DNA of 60,000 bases. Origin: Malacoraja senta (lineage: Eukaryota). Shown here piece by piece: positions 13,801-49,200 of the stretch. The stretch covers positions 13,084,001 through 13,144,000 of the forward strand of contig CM075989.1 in NCBI GenBank assembly GCA_038087875.1. Reading direction: 5' to 3'. Positions within the stretch are counted from its first letter, which is position 1. Every line of letters starts with the position of its first letter. The position numbers and the translations under genes were made by a program. The notes beneath the pieces are model-generated. The model did no database searches. It worked only from the letters and a program-made list of their open reading frames with translations, and was not told the origin of the DNA.

Positions 13801-14620
13801 GAGGCTTGACGATCGTTTCGCCGAACACCTCCGGTCGGTCCGCAATAACCAACCTGACCTTCCGGTGGCTCAGCACTTCAACTCCCCCTCCCATTCCGTA
13901 TCTGATCTCTCTGTCCTGGGTCTCCTCCATGGCCACAGCGAGCAACACTGGAAATTGGAGGAAATGCACCTCATATTCCGCTTGGGCAGTCTACATCCTG
14001 GGGGCATGAACATTGAATTCTCCCAATTTTGCTAGCCCTTGCTGTTTCCTCCCCTTCATCAGCCCTCTGGTTGTCTCCTCCCATCCCTCAGCCCTCGGGC
14101 TCCTCCTCCGCATTTTTCCTTTCTTCTCCCCACCCCCTATCAGTCTGAGGAAGGGTTTCGGCCCGAAACGTTGCCTATTTCCTTCGCTCCATAGATGCTG
14201 CTGCACCCGCTGAGTTTCTCCAGCATTTTTGTGTACCTTCGATTTTCCAGCATCTGCAGTTCCTTCTTTAACACTCCTCTCCATAGCAGCTGTCCCAAGG
14301 GCAGCGTACACTGGTAGTGAGGTTCCGACGGTGCAGGAAGGATCCGACTGGGAGGGTTCCCCTCACCGCCAGCCAAGCCAGGTCTTGGTGCTTGTTGGTG
14401 AGTTCTGGCGATGAGGCATTTTGTCAGACAAGCTGGGCAGTCTGCTCTGGGAACCACGCCACCGGATCCATCGAGTCCTTTCCCTTCAGTGCCTGCAGGA
14501 CGTTCCGTGCTGACCACTGCCCGATGGACTTGTGGTCAAAGCTGTTGGTCTGGAAGAACCTTTCCACAAATGACAGATAGGGCGGCAATGTCTAGCTGAC
14601 TGGCACATTGCGTGGCATTT
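10847..14620 (-). mobile_element. Tx1/L1-clade LINE 3' fragment (10847-11466 plus 14290-14620), split by the Penelope insertion
   Basis: The rejoined minus strand reads ...HQDLAWLAVRGTLPV...RCPWDSCYGEETVAHLLAECGFAKRVW (ORF2 C-terminal CCHC knuckle). AATAAA and an A-rich tail lie near 10850-10875. Confidence 0.85.
11467..14273. mobile_element. Penelope-like element (Neptune-like), inverted two-arm insertion: minus arm about 11467-13453 (RT plus GIY-YIG, frameshifted), plus arm about 13459-14273 (GIY-YIG plus terminus)
   Basis: [40 protein letters not shown], linker CNRKRCNTC, LIYCIRC..C...YIGET...R..EH. TSD CTCCTCTCCATAGCAG at 11451-11466 and 14274-14289. Confidence 0.95.
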
Positions 14621-15674
14621 GTGCTAGGCCCATCCTTTGCAACGTACACTAAGAGGGAAATCAGGAGGGCAAAAAGCAGTAATGAGATGGATCTGGCAGG
14701 CAAGGTAAGGGATTCTACAGATAGATTAGGAATTTAAGGGTGGCTCGGGAAAGAATAGATGCCAATAAAGATTAACAATTCTTTGCCTTTAGGTGTGACA
14801 ATGTTTTGTAATGGGTGTGACGATGAGCTATAATTTGAAAGTTAATTAAAGGCTTGTGGTAGGAAATGGGTGTGTTATGCTGCAGGTGTCCAAGTCTTGA
14901 CACTTTGCCAAGCATCACCAGTGGGCATTGCCCCCTTCCAAAAACTTTGATTTATTGTCAACTTTCAAAGGCTTTGATTTGTCAATTTCATTTTTTATGT
15001 TGGAAGCACATGCCTCAAATTTCAGAAATTTAATACGTTTACTTTTCCCGTATATGATCTGTCATCGAGGTACCAGTGCAGCCAATCCCAAACCCCGAAA
15101 CTAGTAGATCATAAACACAAGCAGATGTTAGTTCAATCCTGGGGCTGATTAGAAGGCAGCGTCTGACAGTTTTTGCAGCTTTCCTGGGTTGGGGAGGCGG
15201 TGCTCAAATAAGGATTTGCAAGGCAGAAGTGGCATTCAGCACAACTGTTCAATGTTAACTTTTATGGGCTGCATGAACAAATTCCCACTGTGCCTCTCAT
15301 CTAACGTGAAGATATGAAGCTTGGAAGTTTCTCATAACAAATAAGGGTGGGAATAGCTTGTCTGACCCTTTGAGCCTGCTCTATTATTCATCAAGATTAT
15401 GACTGAGAATTTCTTCCAGCACCATCTCCATATCCATAGATTCCCTAGAAGTGAGAATTAAGATACTATGTCCAGAAATCTATTCATTTCTGTCAGAAAT
15501 GAACAGAATACCTGAGTTTCTACAGATGTCTGAAGAAGAGAATGCCAAAAGTTCAACGTCCTCTTAAGTGAATTCTCCTCATCTCGATCCTAAATCCCAC
15601 CCTTCATTCTCATACTGGATCCCTTGATGGAAATGCAAAGTGCTAGGTTAGGTAATATCTGGGGAAGGAATGGA

Positions 15675-15955
15675 TAAGATATTTAGAACTGAGATGAGGA
15701 ACAACTTTTTCACACAGAAAGTTGTGAATTTGTGGAATTCTCTGCCTCAGAAGGCAGTGGAGTCCGATTCACTGGATGCATTCAAAAGAGAGTTAGATAG
15801 AGCTCTTGGGGCTAGCGAAATCAAGGGGTATGGGGAGAAGGCAGGAACGGGGTACTGATTGTGGATGATCAGCCATGATCACATTGAATGGCAGTGCAGG
15901 CTCGAAGGGCCGAATGGCCTACTCCTGCCCCTATTGCCTATGTATCTATGTATGT
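15675..15955 (+). mobile_element. CR1 3' fragment
   Basis: FRTEMRNNFFTQKVVNLWNSLP...GYGEKAGTGY plus the 3' UTR. Confidence 0.88.
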
Positions 15956-18629
15956 ATCAGCACGGCTGCCTGTGTGAGATATGTGAAATATTAAATAAAT
16001 GCTTTTGATCCATTTTTACTGGGGAATAGATCATGGAAGCTAGGGACCAGAGGCATAGGAGCTGTGATGTTTTAGAACATATACAAATTATGAAAGAGGA
16101 ACCCAAGAGGATTAATTAGAGGAGGGCAATAGACATTGTCTATATGGACTTTTATAAGGTCTTTGACAAGGTTCCACATGGTAGGCTAGTTTGGAATGTT
16201 AGATAGCATGAAATCTAGAGAGAGCTAGCTAATTGGATACATTATTAATTTGATGGTAGGAAGCAGAGGGTGATGGTAGAAGATTGTTTTCCAGATCGGA
16301 GGCCTGTGACTAGTGGTGTGCCACGAGGCCCATTGTTAGTTGTCGTTTATATCAACGATTTGGATGGGATTGTACAACGCACAGTTAGTAAGCATGCAGA
16401 TGACACCAAAATCGGAAGACTGTAAAGGTTACAGTAAATAAATACTTGAGTGGCAATTTCTTCACATAGAAGGTGTGGTGCATATATGGAATGAGCTGCC
16501 AGAGAACATGGTTGAAGCAGGTACCATAATATTTAAAAGACATTTCAGCATCTACATATATGGGAAGGAAAGGTTTAGAGTGATATGGGTCAAACACGGC
16601 AAATGGGACTAGCTTAGATGGACATCTTGGTTTTCATGGGCAGGTTGGGTCGAAGGATCTGTTTCTCTACCGTGTTATTCTATGACTCTAATTGTGATTC
16701 ATAATCTAGATGTGGGTTCTAGAATCAAGTCCACTTCTAGAACATTTTTGTACTTAAGCAAACATTTCAGCTGAAATCATCCCCTAGGTGTACCTAACCA
16801 GTGGCTGTATATTGTCAGGCCGTGTGGTTAATATTGCCTTCAACAGGTTGTGGAAAGGATATTGCCATAAAAAGTCATTAAGTTAAATTGCCTTGAAAAA
16901 TTAGTTCATTCTGGTGTGCTCTGATGCACAGAGCTGTAAATTCTCTGGCATTAACTTTACATTTAACAAGTCTATTACTACAGAATGAAATATGATCATA
17001 AACATAAACAATCTCCTAAAGCTGAGAACAATAGGGTGCGGCAAGAGCAGTGAAATGGTACCATTTTATGAGCTGGGTGTGAACACAGGACAAGTCCGGG
17101 AAGTAATCAAAGAAACAAATCTGATCCTGACTTTATAAATAGAAGCACAGAAGTTAATGTAAAGGTGGTACCATCAACTGGCTGCCCCAGCCCATGTATT
17201 GTACTTTTTCTGGGCACCACACAAGGAACATTTACCAGGGCGCCAGAAATGATGGCGACAGGAACAGGTAAAAAAAAGCAGTGTTGTAGAAATGTTCCAA
17301 ATCGTGGAAACTTTAAATTCTCATAAATAGGTCGAAATGTTTTGCAGTGAGAGGGAGACTGGTAAACAGAGACTGCAGTCCAGAGGGAAGATGAGAAGAA
17401 ATGTTTTTTTAAATTGTGAATTGGGTAAGATGCGGGAATTGAATTTGCCAAGAACTTTCAAGCAGGGAGCAAATTAATGTGAAAGAGGACCAGGGAAAGA
17501 GTCAGGGAATGGAAGTGATTGCCTCAGTTACAATGGACTGCATGGAAAATCTAGTCATCGTGTGGTCTGGCAGGAAGCAAGGGACAGATTTAGTGGGCCA
17601 ATAGACATGGAACTGTTAATGAAAACACCTCCCTCCTTCCCGCCCCCATCACTGTTCCTTGTCACAAATAACAAGAATTGTTAAAGTGTTGAGCAAAGGT
17701 CTCCAGATGGAAACAACAGGAAGTCCAATGTTTTATTGGGACTTTCTCCGAAACATGAGACAGGAAGAGTCCAAAGTTAAACAATGCAAGCAAAGCAAAA
17801 AGACAAAATGCTGCAAATTCAAAGCAGAACAAGCACTGTCTGTGGGGAGAGAGACTGGGTTAATGTTTCAGGTCAATGTCTGTTGGATTTTATTCCTTCC
17901 TTGTGAACCCGGCTTCCGACACGATAAGAGAGAGAGACATGATTGTGTTGACTTGTTATGTAGTGTGTGCACTGGACTCGGAGCCACTGATCTGCCTGAC
18001 GTTGTGCAATCTGTCGCAGTTGCTCATTGTCATTGTCCTTCGAAATGTTACAGCAAATCTCACACCACCTATTTAGGTGGAGTAACTTCAAGTAACCCTT
18101 GCATTCCCTCTCTCTTCCTCCACTCTAATCGACTAGATTTATTGTTGAACTGCTTAGTTTCATTGTTTGTATCCACTCGTTATCATCTTCTCCACAGCCA
18201 ACAATGGACTACCATTAAATCAACGTTGCGGGGGAACAGTTTGTGTTAATAAATTATAATTCTGAAAATGAGGAGAAGATTTTTACCAAAGAACTTTTAT
18301 TTTTACGAGGATGTTTCCGTAACCGGCTTCCATCTCCGCACTAGTATCTTTGCTCCGCTATGGGATCTTTGGTGCGGAGACGGAAGCCGGTTATGGAAAT
18401 GGGGCTGAAAATTACCCATGAATCTGCCCATGACCGTACTACGTCTTTTTCGTTGAGTGATCTATCTTGCTCACTATAGGATCTTTCCTAACAACGGCCT
18501 GCTTCCTTTATCATCGTTAGTTTTTTGCATATTTTTCATTGATTTGTTCTGCATCTCTCCACATCACTGTCTATATCTCTCGTTTCCCTTTCCCCTGACT
18601 TGTCTAATTAAGGGTCTCAACCCAAATCC

Positions 18630-19180
18630 CAAAAGCAGCTCAGAAATATAATGTTGAGGCTCTATAAGGCGCTGGTCAGGCTGCATTTGGAGTACTGTGA
18701 GCAAATTTGGTCCCCATATCTGAGGAAGGGTGTGCTGGCTCTGAAGAGGGTCCAGAGGAGGTTTACAAGAATGATTCCAGGAATGAATGGGTTAGCATAT
18801 GATGAGCTTTTGGCAGCACTGGGCCCCTACTCACTGGAGTTTAGAAAGTTGAGGGGGGACCTCATTGAAACTTACAGAATAATGAAAGGCATAGATAGAG
18901 TGGATGTGGAAAGGATATCTCCACTGGTGGGAGAGTCTGGGACCAGAGGTCATTGCCTCAGAAGAATTAAAGGGTGCTCTTTTAGAAAGGAGGTAAGGAG
19001 GAACAGGATGCTGTGGAGCCCAAGTCAGTGGATATTTTTAAGGCAGAGATAGACAGATTCCTGATTATGGATATGGGGAGAAGGCAGGAAAATGGCATTA
19101 GGAGGCAGAGATCAGCCATGATTGAATTGCAGAGTGGACTCGATGGGCCAAATGGCCTAATTCTACTCCTATAACTTGTG
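18630..19180 (+). mobile_element. CR1 3' fragment
   Basis: LYKALVRLHLEYC...LRGDLIETY plus the 3' UTR. Confidence 0.88.
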
Positions 19181-20823
19181 AAACGTCACCCATTCCTTCT
19201 CTTCAGAGATGCTGCCTGCCCGCTGAGTTACTCCAGCATTTTGTGTCTATCTTGGGTTTAAACCACCAGCATCTGCAGTTTATTTGTGCACAATGGGCTG
19301 CCTGTACTTGATTATCTGGCTGGATGTTTGATTTGTTCTTTTCACACCTTTCATTCCTTTGTTCTTTGTACCTTTTTCACATCTCCCCTGACTCTCAATC
19401 TGAAAAAGGGTCTCGATTTGAAACGTCACCTATTCCTTTTCTCCAGAGATGCTGTCAGACTCACTGAGTTACTCCAGCATTTTGTGAGTATCTTCAGTGT
19501 AAACCACCATTTGCGGTTCTTTCCTACACACTGTAGACATAACTGTGGATTTGGAGGTACATGATGTTCATGTTTCTCTTACCTCTCCCCTATATCCACA
19601 TCTCCCTCGTCTCCTCTGCAGCACAGAGGAAATATGGAGCTTTCACCCCGGGAGAGGGGCGAGGGCAAGGTGAACACTGTGCATCCCCAAATCCAGAGTT
19701 AGGTCTATGTGTCCATCTGGGCAGGCAGTGTATACTCGCACCTGACTATGCTGCACAGATCACTCTAATTTTGATCGTATTTAATGACTTTAAGGATATC
19801 CGAGAGGTTACTGTACAAATCCTCAAGCGGTGAAGTGGTGTTAAGATTCACTGCGGAATTGTACAGATCTCAGACATCTTTGGTAGTGACGCGGAACATT
19901 ATTAGGCCAGCCTGCTCCAGGAGCCTGCAGTAAGATGGTGATAATCTCATCTTGGCCTCAGTACCACCTTTCCACCATCGGCTGTTTGTACTCTTTGGCT
20001 CCTCAGTAGCTTAAAATGTGAGGAGAATAACAACATGGATGTAGAAATAAGGAACTGCAGAAGCTGGTTACGAAACAAAAAGACACAGAGTGCTAGAGTA
20101 ACTCAGAGGGTTAGGCAGCATCTATGGAGAACATGGATAGGTGGTGTTTCACGCCAGGACTATTCTTCACAGCAAAATGAGATAAATATGGAATGTGTAA
20201 ATGGATGGTTGATGGTTGGCATGCACATGACAGACCAAAGGTAGACAAAAAAGCTGCAGAAACTCAGCGGGTAAGGCAGCATCTATGGAGAGAAGTAATA
20301 GGTGACGTTTTGGGTCGAGACCCTTCTTCAGACACAAATGGTCTCTTCCTGTGCACACTCACTCCGTCTTCCTGTCTCTCTTTCTCGCTCTCTCTCTTAG
20401 ACTCTAAATGTCCCTTGATCTCTGCTGAGAACAGATTAAATATCTTGTCAACCCTCTGGGGAAGGGAGAATCCAAAAGGTTCACACCCTTCTGACAGAAT
20501 AAACGTGAGGATATCAACATCAGTGGGATAAACAGAATGACGGCGCGTTATTTGAAAGGTGATAAAATGAGGATTATTGATGTAAATACAGACTTGTGTT
20601 TCTTTGTTAGTGATAGCTGAAGGAAACTAATGATTGCAGCAAGCCGTTAAGAAGGCAAATGGTCTGCTATTATTTACGGCCAATTGATTCGAGGATCAAG
20701 GATGTGTCATAATTATACAGGGCCCTGGTTAAATAGAATATACCTCTCACAGTCGGCAGGCAGCAAGCTTCACTATAATTATAGGCACAAAATGCTGAAG
20801 TAACTCAACTGGACAGGCAACAT

Positions 20824-23098
20824 GTTGTTAAAGAAGGAACTGCAGATGCTGGAAAATCGAAGGTACACAAAAATGCTGGAGAAACTCAGCGGGTGCAGCA
20901 GCATCTATGGAGCGAAGGAAACAGGCAACGTTTCGGGCCGAAACCCTTCTTCAGACTGATAGGGGGTGGGGAGAAGAAAGGAAAAAAGGCGGAGGAGGAG
21001 CCCGAGGGCTGGGGGAGGGGAGGAGACAACCAGAGGGCTGATGAAGGGGAGGGGACAGCAAGGGCTAGCAGAATTGGGAGAATTCAATGTTCAAGCCCCC
21101 AGGATGTAGACTGCCCAAGCGGAATATGAGGTGCATTTCCTCCAATTTCCGGTGTTGCTCACTGTGGCCATGGAGGAGACCCAGGACAGAGAGGTCAGAT
21201 ACGGAATGGGAGGGGGAGTTGAAGTGCTGAGCCACCGGGTGGTCAGGTTGGTTATTGCGGACCGACCGGAGGTGTTCGGCGAAACGATCGGCAAGCCTCC
21301 GCTTGGTCTCACCGATGTAGATCAGCTGGCATCTAGAGCAGCGGATGCAATAGATGAGGTTGGAGGAGATGCAGGTGAACCTCTGTCGCACCTGGAACGA
21401 CTGCTTAGGTCCTTGAATTGAGTCGAGGGGGGAGGTGAAGGGACAAGTGTTGCATCTCTTGCGGTTGCAAGGGAAAGTACCCCGGGGAGGGGGTGGTACG
21501 GGAGGGAAGGGAAGAATTGACAAGGGAGTTACGGAGGGAGCGGTCTTTGCGGAAGGCAGACATGGGGGGAGATGGGAAGATGTGGCGAGTGGTGGGGTCA
21601 CGTTGGAGGTGGCGAAACTGACGGAGGATCACTTGTTGTATGTGATGGCTGGTGGGGTGAAAGGTGAGGACTAGGGGGACTCTGCCCTTGTTGTGAGTGT
21701 GGGGATGGGGAGAGAGAGCAGTGTTGCGGGGTATGGCAGAGACCCTGGTGCGAGCCTCATCTATGGTGGAGGAGGGGAACCCCCGTTTTCTGAAAAATGA
21801 GGACATTTCGGATGCCTGGTGTGGAACGCCTCATCCTGGGAGCAGATGCGGCGTAGACGGAGGAATTGGGAGTGGGGGATGGAGTCCTTACAGGAAGCAG
21901 GGTGGGAAGAAGTGTAGTCCAGATAGCCATGGGAGTCGGTAGTCCATTTCCGACACTTCCCTACCATTCCTTGACCTCACTATCTCCATCGCAGGTGATA
22001 GACTTCTTACCGACATCCACTACAAACCTACCGACTCCCATGGCTATCTGGACTACACTTCTTCCCACCCTGCTTCCTGTAAGGACTCCATCCCCCACTC
22101 CCAATTCCTTCGTCTACGCCGCATCTGCTCCCAGGATGAGGCGTTCCACACCAGGGCATCCGAAATGTCCTCATTTTTCAGGGAACGGGGGTTCCCCTCC
22201 TCCACCATAGATGAGGCTCGCACCAGGGTCTCTGCCATACCCCGCAACACTGCTCTCTCTCCCCATCCTCCCACTCACAACAAGGGCAGAGTCCCCCTAG
22301 TCCTCACCTTTCACCCCACCAGCCGTCACATACAACAAGTGATCCTCCGTCAGTTTCGCCACCTCCAACGTGACCCCACCACTCGCCACATCTTCCCATC
22401 TCCCCCCATGTCTGCCTTCCGCAAAGACCGCTCCCTCCGTAACTCCCTTGTCAATTCTTCCCTTCCCTCCCGTACCACCCCCTCCCCGGGTACTTTCCCT
22501 TGCAACCGCAAGAGATGCAACACTTGTCCCTTCACCTCCCCCCTCGACTCCATTCAAGGACCTAAGCAGTCGTTCCAGGTGCGACAGAGGTTCACCTGCA
22601 TCTCCTCCAACCTCATCTATTGCATCCGCTGCTCTAGTTGCCAGCTGATCTACATCGGTGAGACCAAGCGGAGGCTCGGCGATCGTTTCGCCGAACACCT
22701 CCGGTCGGTCCTCAATAACCAACCTGACCTCCCGGTGGCTCAGCACTTCAACTCCCCCTCCCATTCCGTATCTGACCTCTCTGTCCTGGGTCTCCTCCAT
22801 GGCCACAGCGAGCAACACCGGAAATTGGAGGAAATGCACCTCAGGCAGTCTACATCCTGGGGTCTTGAACATTGAATTCTCCCAAATCTGCTAGCCCTTG
22901 CTGTCCCCTCCCCTTCATCAGCCCTCTGGTTGTCTCCTCCCCTCCCTCAGCCCTCGGGCTCCTCCTCCGCCTTTTTTCCTTTCTTCTCCCCACCCCCTAT
23001 CAGTCTGAAGAAGGGTTTCGGCCCGAAACGTTGCCTGTTTCCTTCGCTCCATAGATGCTGCTGCACCCGCTGAGTTTCTCCAGCATTTTTGTGTACCT
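20824..23098. mobile_element. Penelope-like element, second inverted insertion (minus arm 20826-21942, plus arm 21944-23098)
   Basis: Same family: RT C-terminal region plus GIY-YIG on both arms. TSD TGGACAGGCAACAT at 20810-20823 and 23099-23112. Confidence 0.95.
23003..23035 (+). ncRNA. Minimal type-I hammerhead motif of the Penelope terminus (representative copy)
   Basis: CUGAAGA-A-GGGU(UUCG)GCCC-GAAA-C-GUU, with a loopless palindromic stem III (ACGU). Repeated in many terminal copies in the window. Confidence 0.75.
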
Positions 23099-23502
23099 TG
23101 GACAGGCAACATATCTGGGGAGAAGGAATGGGTGACGTTTTGGGGCGAGACCCTTCTTCAGACGAGTCAGAAGACAGGGAAATGAGAGATATAGACAGTG
23201 ACTTAGAGAGATATAGAACAAATGAAAAAAAAGTATATTCTCTGTCCATCCCTCTTCTCTGCCTGGCCTCTCTTTTCTCAGCACCAATATAAAGTTAATG
23301 ACCTGAGGGTTTAACTTTGATTCTACCTTTACAGATGTTTTACTTTCTCAGTTTCCGTCTTGCATTTTCTGCTGTTTCATTGAGTTCCGTTATTACCACC
23401 TCAAGGGATTCCACTTGCTACAGTAATGGAATTCAAGCCAGCCACCCGCTAGTGTATCCTGAGGTTGGGTTCTTGGCTTTAGTCTGTGCACGTTCAGTGT
23501 GA

Positions 23503-46654
<23,152 letters not shown>

Positions 46655-47091
46655 AAGATATATGGTGAATGGACTCACCCACTGATACTGGGGTTTTGCA
46701 CCATTGACACCATCATTAACATCAGCATTTCATACTCAGTTTGTGAATAGCCGGATCTAATCTTACCCCTAGTCTGGTTCAGTAAAAGAAACTGTGGAAC
46801 ACTGAAGTCCAAACCCTTCTTTATTTGTATACACTGCAGGGACGGTCTCGGGTCCACTCGCGCAAGCCCACAATAGCCTCGTGCAAACAGAACAGAAGGA
46901 AGACAACCAACACACCCAAACGAATTACATACACTTTTATACCCCTAAACGAAGGCGGGGACATCATAACTGGTTTCATCATTGGTTATGCATCATAACC
47001 AATCGCTCAAAACAATTTGTCACAACAGACATAAGTGCCCCTGGTTAGTTGACATTGAGGCATGTAGCCTTGCTCTTCTAGGATACTAGTA

Positions 47092-47505
47092 TGTGTAGGA
47101 AAGAATTGTGGATGCTGGTTTAAACTGAAGATAGACATAAAATGCTGGAGTAACTCAACGGGACAGGCAGTATCTCTAGAGAGAAGGAATGGGACAAAGG
47201 GAAAGGAGATCAAGAAAAATGTAGTACTCCCCCCTTCCCAGTTCTCCCACCAGTCCTACTTTCTCTGACTACAGTTTATCTGTTTCCTATGTTGTTACCT
47301 TCTTCCAGCTAACAATGATCTATTTTACATTTCCCTTGATCCCCATTCCCTTTCTCCTGTTTGCACACCTTACACTTCCTTATCTATGTATCTCCCTCTC
47401 CCGTGACTTCAGTCTGAAGAAGGGTCTCAACCCGAAAGGTCACCCATTCCTTCTCTCCAGAGATGCTGCCTCTCCTGCTGAGTTGCTCCAGCATTTTGTG
47501 TCTAT
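47092..47505. mobile_element. Older Penelope-derived short inverted element
   Basis: Long terminus on the left, short terminus on the right, hammerhead-like motif at about 47412-47444. Confidence 0.75.
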
Positions 47506-47881
47506 TTATGGATAGTATGGATATTCTTTTAAAGCAGATGGGGACTTCAGAGTTTAGTAATGAGAGGCTAAAGTCTGTGAAAACTTCAGCCTGCTATTCT
47601 GGGCATGTTTTGAGCATGTGGCCAGATACCCTCTAAGAGTCGGATACTTTCCAAGGGTACACCCTTGTGATGGATCTTCTGACATTGGTGACTGAGATCA
47701 CATTGTCAACAGGGAATGTGGTGGGAAACGCTCAGGCAGGTAGGCAGTAGCCATGGAGAAATAGTTAATTTGTAGGTAATAGTCATGGTGTGCGTGGTAC
47801 AGCTTAGAAACGGGCCCTTTGGCCCACCACATCCATGCCAACCTTTTTGCCCATCCACACTAATCCAATTCGCCTGCAGAA

Positions 47882-48250
47882 AGGGCCTGTCCCACTTTCC
47901 CGAGTTATTCACGAATTCTCCTGAGTTATTCACGAATTCTCCCGAGTTTTCAAACTCGCAGAATGTTCGTAACGAGTCCGTAGGAGTCTGTGGATATATC
48001 GTAGCGGCTCGTTATGCCAGCCGTAGGTACTCGGGGCTATTTTTTTACTCATGGACATTTTTCATCATGCTGGAAAAAAAGTCCCGACTTACCGGATGCC
48101 CCGAGTACCTACGGCTGGCATAACGAGCCGCTACGATATATCCACGGATTCCTACGGCCTCCTACGGATTCTGCGAGTTTGAAAACTCAGGAGAATTCGT
48201 GAATAACCTAGGATAATTCGTGAATAACTCGGGAAAGTTGGTCAGGCCCT
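47882..48250. mobile_element. PIF/Harbinger-type MITE, long palindromic copy
   Basis: Same TIR as 25726-25906; shared internal GGACATTTTTCATCA; extended inverted arms. Confidence 0.78.
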
Positions 48251-48351
48251 TTAGGATGATATCCTTTTATGTCTTGCCTTTTTAAGGTGTTTATCTAAAC
48301 ATCTCTTAAACGTAGTGATTGTAGCTGATTCTGCATTTCCTCTTCCAAATC

Positions 48352-49200
48352 CAGTGGCGCTGGACATCCAGTGGCGCTGTTTACTGGCTGCCTCCGCCTT
48401 GAGTCTGGTATCTTTTTTATTTTTTGTTATGGTTAAAGTATGTTCTTTAGATTTTGTTTGTGTTTTATGTGGGGGGAAGAGGGTATGGTAAGGGGGAAAC
48501 CGTCCTTCAGTCACTTCCTGGCGAGGATGCGTCTTTTATCCGAGTCGCGCCCTCGTCCCCCTCCTCGCGGCCTACCAACTGGATTGGCGCGGTCTTTCCT
48601 GCCGGGACCATCCGGAGCTTCAGCAACAGCGGCGCAGCGCTGGATACATCGCGGAGCGGACGATGCCTCACCTGGGATCGCCGTTTGAGGCTCTGGAGTA
48701 TTGGGCCTGCTGCATCAACATCGCGGAGCTGTGGTTCGCGGAGCTCCCAACGCGGGCGGCGCTGACTAACATCGCGGAGTCCTGGGACCCTTTGCCGGGG
48801 GCCGCCAGCGTGAATCTGCTCCCAGCTCGGCCTGTGGACTTAGGGAGCCGTGGGAGGTGGCCGATTCAGAGGTCCAGGCAGCTGAGGATGTCTTACCTTT
48901 CGACGTCGGGGTTCCATCGTTCCCGGCGAGAGGGCCTGAACATCGGGCCGCCCGTAGCGGGGGGCTCGGGAGGCCCCGAACACGGGTGAACATTGGGGAA
49001 CATCAGCGAGGAGGTTAACTGGACTTTGGTTCCTTCCCTCACAGTGGGGTACTTTGGTGCCGTTGTGGGGATGTTTGTGTTGTGGACTACTGTATTCTGT
49101 GTTTTGTGTTTTTTTTATTTGTATGACTGTAAGGAAAATAGTATTTCGTATCTCTTAATGGAAGACAATGACAATAAATTGAATCCATCCAAATCCAAAT
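48352..49200 (+). mobile_element. Non-autonomous GC-rich retroelement related to 33336-34098
   Basis: Same layout: GTGGCGC head, T-rich tract, G-run, CpG-rich core, hairpin, GACAATAAA plus a short-repeat tail. Confidence 0.62.

Noticed and set aside
48555..48580. CCTCCTCGCGG, resembling the HDV antigenomic L3/P3
   Set aside because: No convincing P1 or P2 partners, and the motif is absent from the related element at 33336-34098.
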